A DNA stretch of 63,060 bases, the filler included, from Octopus bimaculoides (lineage: Eukaryota), in NCBI RefSeq assembly GCF_001194135.2. It is 4 parts of 4 records of this genome, joined end to end, with 100 filler letters (N's around TTAATTAATTAA, not from the genome) between each part and the next. Parts side by side here need not be neighbours in the genome. Positions count along the whole stretch, not along the records: positions 1 to 17,092 come from NC_068982.1; 3 more parts are not named here. One strand, written 5' to 3'. The notes under the pieces were generated by a model. The model ran no database searches. It was not told the origin of the DNA and saw only the letters and a program-made list of their open reading frames with translations. The translations under genes and the position numbers were made by a program. Position 1 is the stretch's first letter. Each line of letters starts with the position of its first letter. Positions 1-14,707 of this stretch are shown here, one piece after another.

Positions 1-68
<68 letters not shown>
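1..68. repeat. (GT)n microsatellite
   Basis: Pure GT run at the window start. Confidence 0.98.
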
Positions 69-70
<2 letters not shown>

Positions 71-339
71 TACTGCGAGTGGCTTATGTGTGATAGGTTC
101 GGAGTTCAGGACATATAGGCAAGTAGATTCATTTGAGTCAGGTTTTTTAAATTAATAAATTGCTCCATTAAAAATTTAAATTTAATGTCACCAACACTCA
201 TTCTTGGTCGGAATAGTGTCTTATTGAGTTCGTAGAGACGTAGCTTAAATAAAAATTACAGAAGAAAATATTCATTAACCTCTGACAAAAAGATATCAAA
301 ACAGTGTCAGCTTGTGAAAGCATATTTGATTCCCGCCAA

Positions 340-590
340 TCAAATGTTACTCCTTTTCGTTACGAAGATGAATCCACCTTAATGAAGAGATGGATAGCAC
401 ATTTCAGAGACCTCCTTTACAGCCTATTCGCAGTAAATAAAATCGTTTTAGGTAAGTTACTGCAGTACTATGTTATTGAAGAATGGATAGAAATCCTAAG
501 ACTCACGAAGTCAAATTTGTCATTAAATATCAACCTATCAGCTGGCGAGCATGCAGTGGCTGATATTGTAACCACATTAGGTGAAGAATG
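340..590 (+). mobile_element. Highly degraded RTE-like LINE fragment (endonuclease-RT linker)
   Basis: Translation KRWIAHFRDLL resembles the RW.EHF..LLN motif of RTE-clade ORFs; the rest is very diverged. Confidence 0.35.
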
Positions 591-2339
591 ATACTTCGGT
601 TCCCAGTATTGTGTACATGCTTCCTAAACTGTTTACAATAGTACGCATGTATACTCAATCACCTAATGTTCTGTAATTAACATGACCATTTGATTTTCAG
701 CTGCAACCCTTCTGTCTCTTAAATAGTCAATGACTATTAGCACAACCTTCGTGCTGTATTCTTACCTTTATTTGACATATTTAAAAGGCAAGCATTTGTT
801 GGTATTTTAATTTCCATAATGACCTGGTATTTTTCATTGTGAGTGCTAAAGCTATCAATTCACATCGGCTATAGTTAATTATTCATTAAAATTACACCTA
901 GTATTTTGTCTAGTCATTTCTTGTTGGCTTACTTAAACTACCGCAAAGACCATGTAAGTATAAGTACGTTTTTAAACATCATATACAGTATTTTATAGCT
1001 ACACATCAAATGAAGGAACGTTTCTCTAATTTCCTTGCACGACCTGCGAAAGTTTCACGTCACATTCAACTTTTTCAATTCCTTCCATGCTCTTGTTTCT
1101 TCAATGTTCCCTTACACCTTATTGATGGATCACATTTTGCTGGAATATAAATTACGTTTTATTCGACTATTGCCTTTTTATCTACGTTATAAAATACCCC
1201 GCTTTGTAAAGTTATATACTTGTGCTTTTTAATCTTTTGTTTCTCTGCGTTCTTTACCATTTTTATTTAGATTCCACCAAATTTCCTTTATATACCATTC
1301 CATTCATTTTCTTTTCATTATGATTCTCCATAATCAATTCTATCTATTCTCCTACGTTTACTATAGCATCTTTGTTTGTTTTTATAGACAGAATATTATT
1401 ATTCTTTGATCTCTTTCTTTCTGTCTGTCTTTCTTTTTTATCTCTCTCTGTCTGTCTCTGTCTGTCTCTCTCTTTCTCTCTATATTTCCCTCTCTGCCAT
1501 ACAATTCTTTTTATTGCTATGAAAGATTTAAATCCTGTAACCTTTATTTCCTTTTATACGTCTTTCATATTCTGACACTTCTGTCTCTATTTGACACGTC
1601 TGTGTCTACTTTTTTCTTGTCAGGAATAACTTTATATTCCTGGCCTGTCTGTCGAGTGAACGAAAAGTTTTATCTGAGGATTTTCTGAATGATTCTGCGA
1701 AGCAACAACAGCGGCAATAACATCTATAACAACGAATAAAATAGGAAGCCAACAGACATTTGTGAGAAGGTAAAAGAAACAACAGAAATTATAAAAAGAA
1801 AACCCTTAAAACTATATACTATATGTCATGATTGGAAGTTAACAAGTAAAAGCCTCACATGGTCAATATTTGATAAGAGAGGGGCGAAAGTTGATATGCA
1901 AAAAATGCTCTGGAATGCACAGGTATCGCAGAATGAAAGATTGAGTTTGAAGAATTGCAGATCTTGGCTCAAATATTCCATTTGACACCAGAAAAAGATA
2001 CATAGCTAATGTCTTCATCTCAGACTCCACCAAGGGAGTCAGGCCCTAGAGCCTTTCCACGAGATGCCATAAAAGGACAAAAGGTCACATCTCTTCCCAT
2101 GAGATATTTTGAAAATCATATGAAACAGATTATGAAAATTAACTGCAGATTTTGTGGTAGATTGGTTTTGTTTACTGATTATGCTGCAACGCTAATGTTA
2201 TCAGCCACTACCCATCGGTTGTACCCAAATTAATGGCTGCTGACCTATGCTGACAAAGACTGGCATCAAATATGTTGCAGACGTTGGTATTAGAGCGCAA
2301 AAGGACCGAAAGAGAAACATTTTCTACGATCAACTGCCA

Positions 2340-2470
2340 TGGATTCGTATTTTTTTATCGACTCCGAAACGATGAAAGACAAAATTGACCTCGACGGAGT
2401 TTGAACTCAAAGCGCAGAAAACTGAGAGAAATACTGCAACGCTTCTACCCAATGCTCTAACAACTTTGTC
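2340..2470 (-). mobile_element. Degraded SINE family B copy
   Basis: GATGAAAGACAAAATTGACCTCGACGGAGTTTGAACTCA aligns with the family B copies at 38101-38336 and 52741-52972. Confidence 0.75.
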
Positions 2471-3835
2471 AGTTATATATATTCCCAAACTGTGTCTCAT
2501 TTTGCTAAAACTACAGTAACTGCCGCAATCCAGCATTTTACTTCTTCATGTGATTTGACATTCCTTTTCCGCCTTTTTCAAATGTTTAAACAGATGTAAT
2601 TTTCCGAGCGTCTTCCCTGTTATTTCAGTTAGATTTACTATATTATTTTGGTGGTTATCACAATTTTGCTTTTCCTCAGCATTTATATCCATTCTACATC
2701 GCCGCAACGTCTTGCAATTATATCAAGTGGGGTTGTTAGATCTGTAAGTTCTTCATTCCGTCTTATTAAATCAATATTTTCAATAGATGATTACAAACTT
2801 CTCTGTCTTCTACTATAAAATTTCTTTCAAGAGGTTCAAGGGACTTCAAAAAACATATGTAAGTGTTGATAATCTGTGAAGAGAGATAATTAGGACGTGA
2901 GGATTGTAAACAAAGGCAAATCCTATAATTTTAAAAACTGTTGATAAATATTTAACTAAATGCCATGATTTACACATGTACACACCTGCAGAATAAAGCA
3001 CTACTAGGAACTACATGTGCATCACGTAGTGGAGTTTCAAATGCATAAATAAGTAAAATACAAAAAGAGAACAAAACATCGCACGTAACTATGACATACA
3101 AAGTTGCTCCCTTTATCTGTACAGTGAAACCATATTAAATGAACCTAAAACTTAATTGAAATGAGGAAATAATGAACTTAGAAAGCGTATAGCATGCACA
3201 GGGAATGAAAATTATGAAAGAATATTGTGGGCTGTTTGATTAATACTTAAGATAGTAAGTTATAAGTAAAAGAAAATTATATTTTGGTAAGCACAGAAAG
3301 CAATTTCAGTTATGTTTCAGTCTTATTAAACCTTTTTGGCAAATCATGAACATAGTTTTATTTGCCGAAGTAATGCTGAGTAGTAATGGTATCATGTATA
3401 TTTATGGCATTTTACATGCGTAGACGAGATTAATTACGCGAAGCGTCATCTGTATGAAAAGTGATTGTCAAGTTATAGTGAATGTATTTAGCGTAATGAA
3501 TATATAAAACCATCCCCCCCCCCCCAAAAAAAAAAAAATTATGCACTGAGGAAGGGGAAACTTAATCTCAATAACCGATATCATGTTACTCACTTCGGCA
3601 AATAAGGGAGGCAATTTCCGAGATGTATAAGAACTCAACAGTGAATCATAACCGCTTTCGGATTTATTAAAGTAGTGATGAAACAATCACTACTTCGATG
3701 TACAATATTAACCACAAGAAGGTATGGCAAATTAAGCTGTTAAAAATATATTTGTGTGTAAGGAATAAAAAGTTTTGAATGGTACAACAATGCACTATAA
3801 TACAAAGAAATGGACTATATACTTGTAATTTAGTT

Positions 3836-3890
3836 ATCTATAGTGCGATGATATTTCGGAATACAATTCCTTCTTCAGATCTTCTTAGAT
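3836..3890 (-). ncRNA. Minimal type I hammerhead ribozyme, core intact
   Basis: Minus strand reads GAU-CUGAAGA-A-GGAAU(UGU)AUUCC-GAAA-UAUC^AUC. Stem II is 5 bp and stem III is the palindrome AUAU. The cleavage triplet is AUC. Stem I is GAU/AUC plus a distal helix AUCUA/UAGAU. Confidence 0.7.
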
Positions 3891-4568
3891 GGAGTCTCTG
3901 CTATAAACTGTTTACTAACGGCTTTTCATTTTTTTTTCCGGAAGTGTCTCAGTAGTGGTCTCACGAAGCTCATTCTGGAATTCCTCATGAGAAGTGCGTG
4001 AGGTCGGCTATGTTTCAATCTCGTGTGTGTTGGTATATCTGTAGCGCTACTTCTAAGTTATGTGTTATACGTGCAGCTTCTGTTTTTTTTGTTATAAACA
4101 ATACATGAGCATATTGTTAAGAATGAACTTACACACGTCCAGATGTAGCTAAATAATATATTGATTACCAATCTCCAGCCTGTTGTTAATTTGGGGTCCT
4201 AGTCTGTGTATGAGTAGTGCTTCCTTAATTCTTAAATTACCCAAATTTCTTTCATTGTCCTCAATTGTGACTGTTATGCTTTTGTGTGATTTCTTCGTTT
4301 GAATTCAAATCACACCTGACTTGTAGGTTTGTGGAAGTTCCCAAGACATACGAATATTTACAGTAAATATGTTACTGCAATTTTGAGCAACCTCGTGAAA
4401 ATAAATGACGAAATGTCGACAAATGTTCGTGATTAATCTGTCTTGAGGTTGTTTCAAAGTCTTACAGCTTTAAGGATTCATTAAACGTTCTTGTCATAAT
4501 CCCCTTATAATGAGTCTGTGACAAATCTAGGTAATCAGCTCTTTTAGATACAATAGAACACTAATCAC

Positions 4569-4631
<63 letters not shown>

Positions 4632-5019
4632 TTCATACATACACATTCATATGCTGTATGTATGTATGCATGCATATGTGTGTGTGTACGTGTGTGTATG
4701 TGTGTGTGTGAATTGGTGCGTGTATGTGAGTTGGTGCGTGTTTTTGTATGCGTGTATCTATGTAAATATATGTAGGTGTTGGTTGTTAAATTCAAATGAT
4801 TTCAAGAAATTTATAAGCCATTTTCTTTACTGAAGAATCGTTCCATCTCTTTTATTCAAATCCTATTTCCTACCAAACAGACACGCGAGAAAATTCCTTA
4901 AACAAATCTTATGTAACTACACTAATCTGCAGAAAGTTGGCGCACATTTAATGCAATAACGACTTGAAAAATTATTCACTGCATATGTCCACAAAGCGTT
5001 GACATAACAAGCTGTCAAA

Positions 5020-6560
5020 GCCCACTAAACTATTTTAAATATTGCTATATTTTGAGGGATGTTTCTCCACTCAAAGTCTTTTGTAATGTTGTCCGCATTG
5101 GGCAAGTTTTTTAATTGTTGCAGTAGTGATTTGTTCGTCATCACCAAGTCTAGATGGGAGGGGAACATTTTGGTCTGCTTTTTTTTTTTGGATGTGTGTT
5201 CTGTTGGCTGCTGTTTTTTGTTTTGTTGTAGGGCTAGTGGGGTTGGATGGGGAGGGTCGTTTCCTTCTTTTTCTGGAGAATGTCTCCTATCCTTCTCCTT
5301 TGGCTCCTTCCATTTCCTCTTCTGTTTCATTTTCAGATGTTTCCTCACTTGGTTCTTCTGTTTTCTTTTGTTTTTACTTTTGTTTTTCGACACGTAGGGG
5401 AATCGTTGCTTTTCGGGGGAAGGTTGGCATTCGGCCCTAATGTAGCCTTTTTGGCCCCATTTGTAGCAACGAGGTTTCTTCTCCTCTACCTTGACTCACA
5501 GCTTAGTCTCCTCCACCTGTATCGAATCTATAATAATTTCTAAATCGGCAGGGGCTTCTTGTATGATCATCTCTAGTCCCTACCCCTGCCAATTTTGCAA
5601 TTCCAGTGCTGAGGTTTGGAGGATTGAAATTTTATCCTCCAAGCCGTTTATTATGGTTGCCACCAGCCAAGTGGGGTCTACTTCGGGTAGGATGTCTCCT
5701 ACCTTAATCTTGGAAGTTCGCCTCCCAAGATAAGTCAGTACGAGTACTACCTCCCCAGTTTTTAATGTCTCCGTCGACCTTTGTTTTGCCTTTTGTTCTG
5801 ACTTAAATCTGACTTCTGTTGTGGCATACTTCACTTCTCTTGTGATGTATGCCACATCATTCCACATTGGAGAGAGACAGAGCTCCACTGTCTCCTTACT
5901 CGCATTGATCAGTTTCTTTTGTAAATAACTGTACATCATAGTGCATTATGAATTGTTTCACTGGGAGGAGTGATCACAATTTCGCTCCCCACCCTTTTCA
6001 ATATACCTTTATATTTTCCTATTCATCGTTTCCACAGTTAATTGACCTTTTTGAAATAGTGGCTGCTTCTGCAAAATTGCTTCCTTTTTGTCCTTGCAAG
6101 AAATCCTCAGAGGACGGCAGGTTTTTTTATTATTCTGTGCTACTCTCTGTGTTTTTGGCATTCTTCCATGAACTTGAACCCGGTTCATTCCCAGTTTTCG
6201 ACTTTATTGAAGATTTATCCATGTTTGTGTGTCTTTTCACAAAAATATAACAATATTTTCCCCCTTCACTTTAGGGGGAAACGTTAACAAACGTCTGCCT
6301 CAAGCAAACAATGTGTTTTACACAAAAACTCTAAAGAAAACGTTCAATAGCGTAACTACCCAACAGTGTAAATTCAACAAAACATCCACAAATATTACAA
6401 ACTTACGCCAGACCTACGCACAAACAACATTCACGAACAAGTCTGATTCTTTATTGCCCACAATGGGCCAACATAGAGGGACAGCACAACGTGGAGACAA
6501 AAAAAACAAAACAAAAAAAAAACGGATAGAAAAGATGAATAAAATAATGAGATAAAAAAT
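5020..6560 (-). mobile_element. Tx1/L1-like ORF1 (gag-like, RRM-like plus zinc knuckle) relic, copy 1
   Basis: ORF 5580-5939 (YLGRRTSKIKVGDILPEVDPTWL) is followed by EEKKPRCYKWGQKGYIRAECQP, a degenerate CX2CX4HX4C knuckle, and a Lys/Glu-rich tail. It is frameshifted and no ORF2 is seen downstream. Confidence 0.7.
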
Positions 6561-6568
6561 GACAAATG

Positions 6569-6608
6569 AAATGAAGCCGTTCGGGCCCACCTCCGAGCGG
6601 CTTCATTT
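6569..6608. other. 16-bp stem hairpin between the two ORF1 relics
   Basis: AAATGAAGCCGTTCGG-gcccacct-CCGAGCGGCTTCATTT gives 15 Watson-Crick pairs plus one U-G wobble on the plus strand. Confidence 0.85.
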
Positions 6609-6609
6609 A

Positions 6610-7490
6610 ACCCGTTAATACAAATTTTTAAACATTATTTATAAACAGTTAATTTTCATCTTTCTGGAAAATGATTATATTAAAATCTTTCAAAAGCTTA
6701 CGCTGGCTTATCCACTCTGGTATCGTGCTGGTGTCAATTTTCTTGACCCAGCACTCAACGTCCTCCTCATAATCCTTTAATCTCGGAATATACTCTGGGT
6801 CTGCCACCACGCAATGATAGTGCCAGGGTAACCCAGTACATCCTGAAGTATTCACCTTTATTGTTCGGTCACACGAGTGTATCTCATTATAAAGTTCTTC
6901 GTTAGATCTACTGTATAATGACATATTTTCCTCACAGGACAGGGGGTGGGGGAGTTTGGGGACTCCTGTATGCTTGTGCTTATCTTATCTGTGTCAGGTG
7001 AGGCATGGAGAGGGTTGGTGTCTGCAGGGGGAGAGTGGGGCAGAGTGGGTCTGGGTGTAAGTCAGGTGAGTGTGGGATGGAGTTCGACATTTACAGAATG
7101 TGATTTTCTCTTTCTTCTCCTTTTCCTAGCCGTTTCCCATTCGTTCTTATCTTTGCTCACCCCCTCTTCTTCGGTGCTAGTACTGGTTTGCGCTGACGTT
7201 GGAGGTGTGGTTTCCTTCCTGCACCCAGGCTTTTCTGGAGTGTTCACGGGCAACGAAGGACAGTCCGCTCTAATGTAGCCTTTCAGGCCACATTTGTACC
7301 ATCACGGGGTCTTGCTCTCCACTCTGACCCTGAGTGTCACCTCTTCGACCGTGATAGCGTCAACTATGTTTTCGAGGCCCTCCGAGGCCGCCTGGATGAT
7401 CATATCCAGGCTCTACCCTTGCCAGTTATTATGAGCCGATCTGGTGGCCTGGAGGACCACTATCTTCTCTTCCAGCAGTAAGCAACTACT
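6610..7490 (-). mobile_element. Tx1/L1-like ORF1 relic, copy 2 (5'-truncated, diverged paralogue)
   Basis: The knuckle reads P*WYKCGLKGYIRADCP and 7270-7480 is collinear with 5430-5650. A basic stretch (RKRRRKRK) and ORF 6649-6924 follow. Confidence 0.7.
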
Positions 7491-7867
7491 AGCCAGGCTA
7501 CATCAATTTAGGTATTCATAATTTATTGGGCATTCCTAAAAACAAGTCCTGTGTAAGACAGTTCGGTATTCTCTGTAAATGCACAAAAACTGTAAGGGCT
7601 ACATACTTTGTATTGTTGTCATTGGATTAGCGAAACAATTATGAGAACAGAAGCAAGGGATAAGCCCCGCTTTCCCGGGAACTACCGGCTACGTCAGTTA
7701 GTATATATATATATATATATATATNNNNNNNNNNNNNNNNNNNNNNNNNNNNTATATATAAATATATATATATATAATGCAACAGTAGTAAAGTACATCA
7801 GTAATATATTTTACATAGTGCAAACATTAGCATAGAATTCAAATCGTTGGGTAGAGAGGATAAATTT

Positions 7868-7898
7868 ATGTCTGTCTGTCTGTCTGTATGTCTGTCTG

Positions 7899-7947
<49 letters not shown>

Positions 7948-7954
7948 ATGTCTG

Positions 7955-8022
<68 letters not shown>
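7868..8022. repeat. (TCTG)n/(TCTA)n compound microsatellite
   Basis: Direct reading. Confidence 0.97.
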
Positions 8023-8023
<1 letters not shown>

Positions 8024-8604
8024 AACGAATTGGAGAAAGGGGAGGGAACGAAATTATAGGGAAGGATATTGTAGTTGTGATTTTTATTTCCTTTCCACTT
8101 ACATTAGAAACATTCTTCAAGAGAAAAGGCTATAGTCTTATAACCGGAGCCTAAACGTTTTCTATTTTGTTTTACACGACTTAAGGACTTAAGATAATGG
8201 TAAGATGAAAGACATGCTGACACCCCAAATGCTTGATTCAGAGGACCAACTGGTATTATAAAACAGGGCGACAGATTACAACTGTCATTCAGGAGCAAGA
8301 ACGGTTTTCCAATGGTTTTCTGTTTCCAAATTTCATTCAGAAAATTTTGTCAGCCAGAAGCTATGGTAGAAGATATCTGGTTAACATACTGCGCAATGGT
8401 ATTGAAGCAGAAACCACAATATTGCGCAGTAAACTTCTTCACCACAGAGTCATAACTGTGCTCATAAAAATAGAGGTCAATGAATTTGCCTCTATTCTTC
8501 AACATACTTTCCTCTCGATTTTCCTACATTGTTATACAATTTGTCCGTTAGTTCTCCATCTTCCCTCTTCTACCCTTCTCATTTCTTCACTCTCCTCATT
8601 ATCT

Positions 8605-9165
<561 letters not shown>

Positions 9166-9829
9166 CAAGACTTGCAAGCAGACGTATACAGTTGATTTGA
9201 ATTTGTGTTACAAATAATTTTATTTGAGGTCTCATTTAGGGACAAAAACAATTACATCTTGTTAGAATCACTGTGGTCATAAAAAAACCCGTACATACAT
9301 ACATACACACATATATATATACACATACATGTGTATANNNNNNNNNNNNNNNNNNNNNNNNNCTATATTCTTATAGCAAATATATATATATACATAATTA
9401 TATATATATACATACATATATATATATATATATATTGCTATATATATATACTTTTTACTATATTGTCTTGTAAGGAAATTATTATGATTAGATATCAAAG
9501 TATTTCTCCGTAATCCTCCGACCCGGCCACCGTTAATCTACTTCACAGTGTCTGTTAATATCAGTTGCTAATTGTAACTAAGTGTTTATTGGGTATTACG
9601 TGAGTAATTTGGATTAAATTTGTTGTTTATTTTTTACTTTGATTTAGCTTTAATTCCCACTCTCCTTCCTTCTTGATGATTTCATATATACATAATTACG
9701 TACGTACATATATACATACATACATACATGCATACAAAAAAGATACATAAATGCATATATATGTACATACATACATACATACATACATACGTACATACAT
9801 ACATAAAGACTGGCGTCGTTAACATGAGA

Positions 9830-12060
9830 CTTGCTGGCGTAGAGGACCGTTTAAAACCGCCCTTTTGAACCTTTTCGTGTGCAATTAAGCCGACTCCTCT
9901 ATTTTAAATCAGCAGCTGGTTTATTTCTTCTGTTATGAATTGGAGAAACACTTGTTACTTACCAGTTAGCGTTATGAGGACCGGATTACAAAGTATAACC
10001 TACAGTTCGTGGAATGTCGCTGGTAAGATCATAGCTGATATTCATAAGACCAAACCAACACTGCTAATAACACAAGTAGTACAACAAATCTTGTAAAATG
10101 TTTCAGACGATGCAAGTACTCTGGTCTTTACGTTTCAAGGTCTACTTCAATGCTATGAAAAATGTGAGATGGCCCGACACTTCATTCGATTAGATATAGT
10201 GACTAAGGATGTACTGGGACAATGTTGACATAAATTTTACCTAATTTACAATCAAACAGCTTCTGCAACAATCATCTTTCTTTGTAAGGAAAAACGACTT
10301 TCACAGATTGTAATTGTTATCTCAACTTTCGTGGAGCTAATCTATGTTTTCAGAAAACTGAGAACCAGCCACAACCTGCCATAAGAGAGACAAATAATTA
10401 TATAAACAATATGCTGCCGTAATCACTAAACTTTCGCATATCTCCACGTGTAACCGATGTGAGAGGAATGACAATGGAATGTTTTCAACTTTACAACATT
10501 TTGAAACTACAGTTCATAAACCATTTCTCTAGAATTTCTAAGTTGTTGTTGAGCAACGGGCCTTTTAAACAAGAATAACGAAAAAGCCAACTGTTCTTAT
10601 GGGAAAAAGCTATCGATGATGTTGATGGGGAATACATGGAATCATGTGATATTTAGTACTGAACAGTTTATACCTTCTTATAAACAGCAGTTATTACTAT
10701 TGAAGAACACCTAGGAGAAACCTGCAGTGCGCATGATTATAAAATTACGAAGCAGAAGCAACATAGAAGGAAAACAAAACTTGTTGGCAACATCAAAAAT
10801 CCGTGCTGCTATTTTTGTTGGTTGACCACTGCAAAAAAAAAAAATGTAAGAGGAGTAATGAGTTCATACCTTGCCAATTACATCTGATGCAAAAAGCAAC
10901 AAAAGTCTATGGTGATTCTTCTCACCAAACAAATTACAATAGAACACGCTGAACGGAAAACTTCATTTTCGTAGAAAAGGTTTCGAACGAGCCAGTATAA
11001 GTCACAAGTTTGCTGCTAATCCACTAACATTATACTCGGAGATGAGGAAGGCAGATATGAACTCTAAGAAAGCCCTTTCTTAGAAAGTTCTTGAGTCATT
11101 CTGATAAAAAACCTGAAACGAAAAGAGAAATTTCAAGCAGAATGCATTGTAGCTAAACAGAGTTACAAAAAATCCAATACCAACATCGACAGTAAGACAT
11201 ACAATCGGCCCCGAAAATTAGGCAAGCTACATAATGGGGAGATACCCGGAAGAAGCCTTATTGTTGGATACTGACCATCTACAGAAAGTCATTAATATGT
11301 ATATTAAAATGAAGTTTGGAATGCTAGACTGACATACTAAGTTGGCTAGCTATAACACAGAGAAACGCTGTAGCCAAGTGTGAGACCACCAAATGTCAGA
11401 AAAATATCGGCTCATTGCTTGCCTAAATATTATGTTCAAAATTTTCAGAAGCTGTTTTAACCAATTCTCCCCAGGACTATTATTAGTCTAAAATCAGAGA
11501 CTAATGAGCAGACAGGTGGGAAAAAGGAAGTGTGGAGATGTGCCGAATAACTTTTGATAAAGAAAGCAGTGTAACCCGAAGTAAGAAAACACTGCAGAGA
11601 CCTTGTGTTTATAGACTTGAATACAAGGAAAGATTCAACTTTATTCATTACTCCATGGCAGTTGCTACGTTAGTTGCTGCGATTGAGAGGCTCACAAAAG
11701 AGAAAAGAAGACAAAAAAACTGGACAACAATCCCACGTTTACGGTTGAGAGCGGACCAGTCATCTCCAGTATTTCAAAGGGAATGTTCCAAGTAGAGATA
11801 GTCTTTCTGTACTGTTTGGTTTGGCAATAAATCCGTTACTGTTTCTGCTTTAAAAGTCCAATGGCTATACGCTAGAGTTTGCAGTTACAAGAGATACTAA
11901 TATAATCCATAATTCCTTTACGGAGGACATGAAAATATATACTGAAAGTGTTTGCAATGCCGAAAAACATTTGGTGTTATCATTTTCATCTGACAGATGA
12001 ATGAAATTTGGCCAAAAAGAAGTGTTTCTATTTGATTGTTGAACGTGGAAAAATCAGTCT
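9830..12060 (+). mobile_element. Degraded R4/Dong-clade non-LTR retrotransposon (RT region)
   Basis: Frameshifted motifs appear in the expected order: YRLIACLNIMFKIF (about 11405), EQTGGKKEVWRCAE*LL, RDSLSVLFGLAINPL (about 11795), FTEDMKIY (about 11918) and MKFG. These match R4/Dong RT motifs YRPITCL, EQxGxxK...LLI, QGDSLS and FMDDLKLY. Confidence 0.85.
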
Positions 12061-12289
12061 CCTAAAGCCAGATCCCGTGTGTCAACAATCTTTCTATTTC
12101 TCCTGTTTCACACAAAGAAAGACACAAATAACTTGGCATCAATAAGAATATACACGAAGGTGCTGCGAACAACAATAGAATGATCTGACATACCGCAGAC
12201 TTAGAAAAATATGGCAATTGAAGCTCTCCGCTTAAAATAACTAAATATATATTTATGTACGTACAAGTATTGTATATACATGTATGAAT

Positions 12290-12291
12290 CA

Positions 12292-12362
<71 letters not shown>

Positions 12363-12386
12363 ATACACACACACATACAGGTGTAT

Positions 12387-12429
<43 letters not shown>

Positions 12430-12510
12430 CACACACATACACGTGTGTGTGTATGTGTGTATGTGTGTGCGTGTGTATTTGCGTATGTGTGCACGAGTGT
12501 GTGCGTATGA
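12290..12510. repeat. (TCTA)n/(CA)n/(TA)n/(TG)n microsatellite cluster
   Basis: Direct reading. Confidence 0.95.
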
Positions 12511-14449
12511 CTAGATGTGAATGTCCCTGAACATTATTACATGACAACATCAGTTGTTGACACCAAATGGATATAGAATCAGTAAATTGAAATAATAAAA
12601 CACGCCAATGTTTGCACATAAAATGGAATTAATCGATTCTTGTGGTATTTTTTTCTCTTCAACAAACTTTGTGAATGGCAGCACAAAACGAAGCAATTTG
12701 GCAGAAACGCTTTTTAAAAAAATCTTGTTAAAATTTAACTTTATTCATGTTTTTCATATAATACTTGTAATCTGTTCCTGAGAATTACTAACAGGTTTCT
12801 AAGAAAAATTAAATAAGTAAACTAATGATGCTGTATATATTTTAGAACTAAATATACGGCAATGTATACGATAATCAAGAGAATCTCCTTGCAAATTCAT
12901 ATAGAAAACCCTCTCTTCTTTCCTTGTCAATGAAAAACTAAGCTGAGTTTGATAACATGGATGTACCATCCTGAAAACCGTAAAAGTGTGATTGGTATCC
13001 TGAGAGATTTACACCAAGTGGCAGCCAAATATTAATAAAATCAAATATTCATTAAATCACAATAACACCTTGATAATCCCGCACACCAATTGATTCGTTT
13101 AAGCTGCAGGCATACATTTTCATGCATATTCATATACATATACATATATATATATATATAGATTAACACGTTTACAGATGTCCATACTGTAGTTTGCAGA
13201 CATAGCAAGAATACATATACTTACAAGAAAAGCTATATAAGTGAGTAGGAACCACTTGCAGAAGTACAGAATCGAGAACACAGAAATATGTGCAGAAACT
13301 CCAGTACATATACTCACATGCACGCCCCTATGCATACATCCATGTAAATATGCATGTACAAACACATGTGCATTCATTTATACATATTTGCACGTACATA
13401 AATTTACTCGTATACATAACTTGACAAGTATATCTGTATAATATATTAAATGTCATGTTTGTGAGCAGGAGTATGTGAATATACATATATATAGTTATAT
13501 TTATTGACATTCACATTTCTAAGCGACACATACTGTATTATGAATTCATTATAAATGAAGTTGTTGGCTTGACCTTCTCTGTGGCATAAAGAAAAACATT
13601 TTCGATTGAATGATAATTCCAAACCAGCTTACAACTAACCTCATTAAATAAGCGTTTAAGAAACCCTTAACAAATTGTGTACGCTTGTTCAGATTATCCT
13701 TAATTGGACCCAAGTCAATAAAATTCTTATGTATTAATCATTATGTTCTACCTGTGAAGGCAGCTATACTATTGTAGATATGAACATTTTTAGAAAATCG
13801 TACACACTTTCCGCAAAATCATATACATTTCCTGTTAGTATAATAATTATAAATATGCGATCATCAATTTTCTTTACGTCATCCGTACATGGTTATATCG
13901 TGTTTAGACAGTATGTTGTCTCGTCTGGAAATAATTTTGTCTGTTTTAAATATTTATATTTTTTTAATAATTTTGTTTTACTATTTGCTCTAGACATACA
14001 TTTCTTCTGTACATTACTGTGTGCAGTCAGGACACATTTGCCTTAGTTTTGTCTAGAAAGCTGATGTAGCTCGTTAGAGTATAGATGAAAATGTTCCAGC
14101 CTTCTGCGTTCAAATCTTGCAGAAGTCGATGTTGCCTTTCAGGATTAATAAAATGAATTACTACCTCAGAGCGGCGGATTGACAGAATATTTGAAGGATC
14201 AGACGTTAGAAAGACCTTGAGCTATTTGTTCCAGTTCTTTGCTTTCTGTGTTCCTGTGATAGGTTAACACTGTCATCTGACTTTTGTGTGTCTAGTTCTT
14301 TAACGCCAACACTTTCTCCTTTTCCCAGGAATTCGGGTCAGGTTTCTGGTCTGACGACAAATTCCTCCACGAATCACAGAAGCCCTGAAAAAAAAAAAAG
14401 AAAAAAGAAAAGAGATTCACGGGCGGTGATTTTCATTTATTTTTGTTAT

Positions 14450-14636
14450 TTATTACTTGTTTTAATCATAGGACTGTGGTGATGCAAGGACATCACCTTG
14501 ATCAAATAGATCCCGGGTTTTCTTTAACTTGGTACTTATTCTATCAGTTTCTTTTTGCCAAATCACTAAATTGTGGTAACATAAACAAACACTAGTTGTC
14601 AAACGATGATGAGGAACAAACATTATCAGTAAGACA

Positions 14637-14707
<71 letters not shown>

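Noticed and set aside
2680-2743. Plus-strand candidate exon with good splice sites
   Set aside because: Two frames are open, neither is recognisable and there is no compatible partner; unsupported without RNA data.
7655-7703. Helitron-like 3' end (CCCGG...CCGG...TTAGT)
   Set aside because: Weak hairpin, no CTAG and no matching 5' end.
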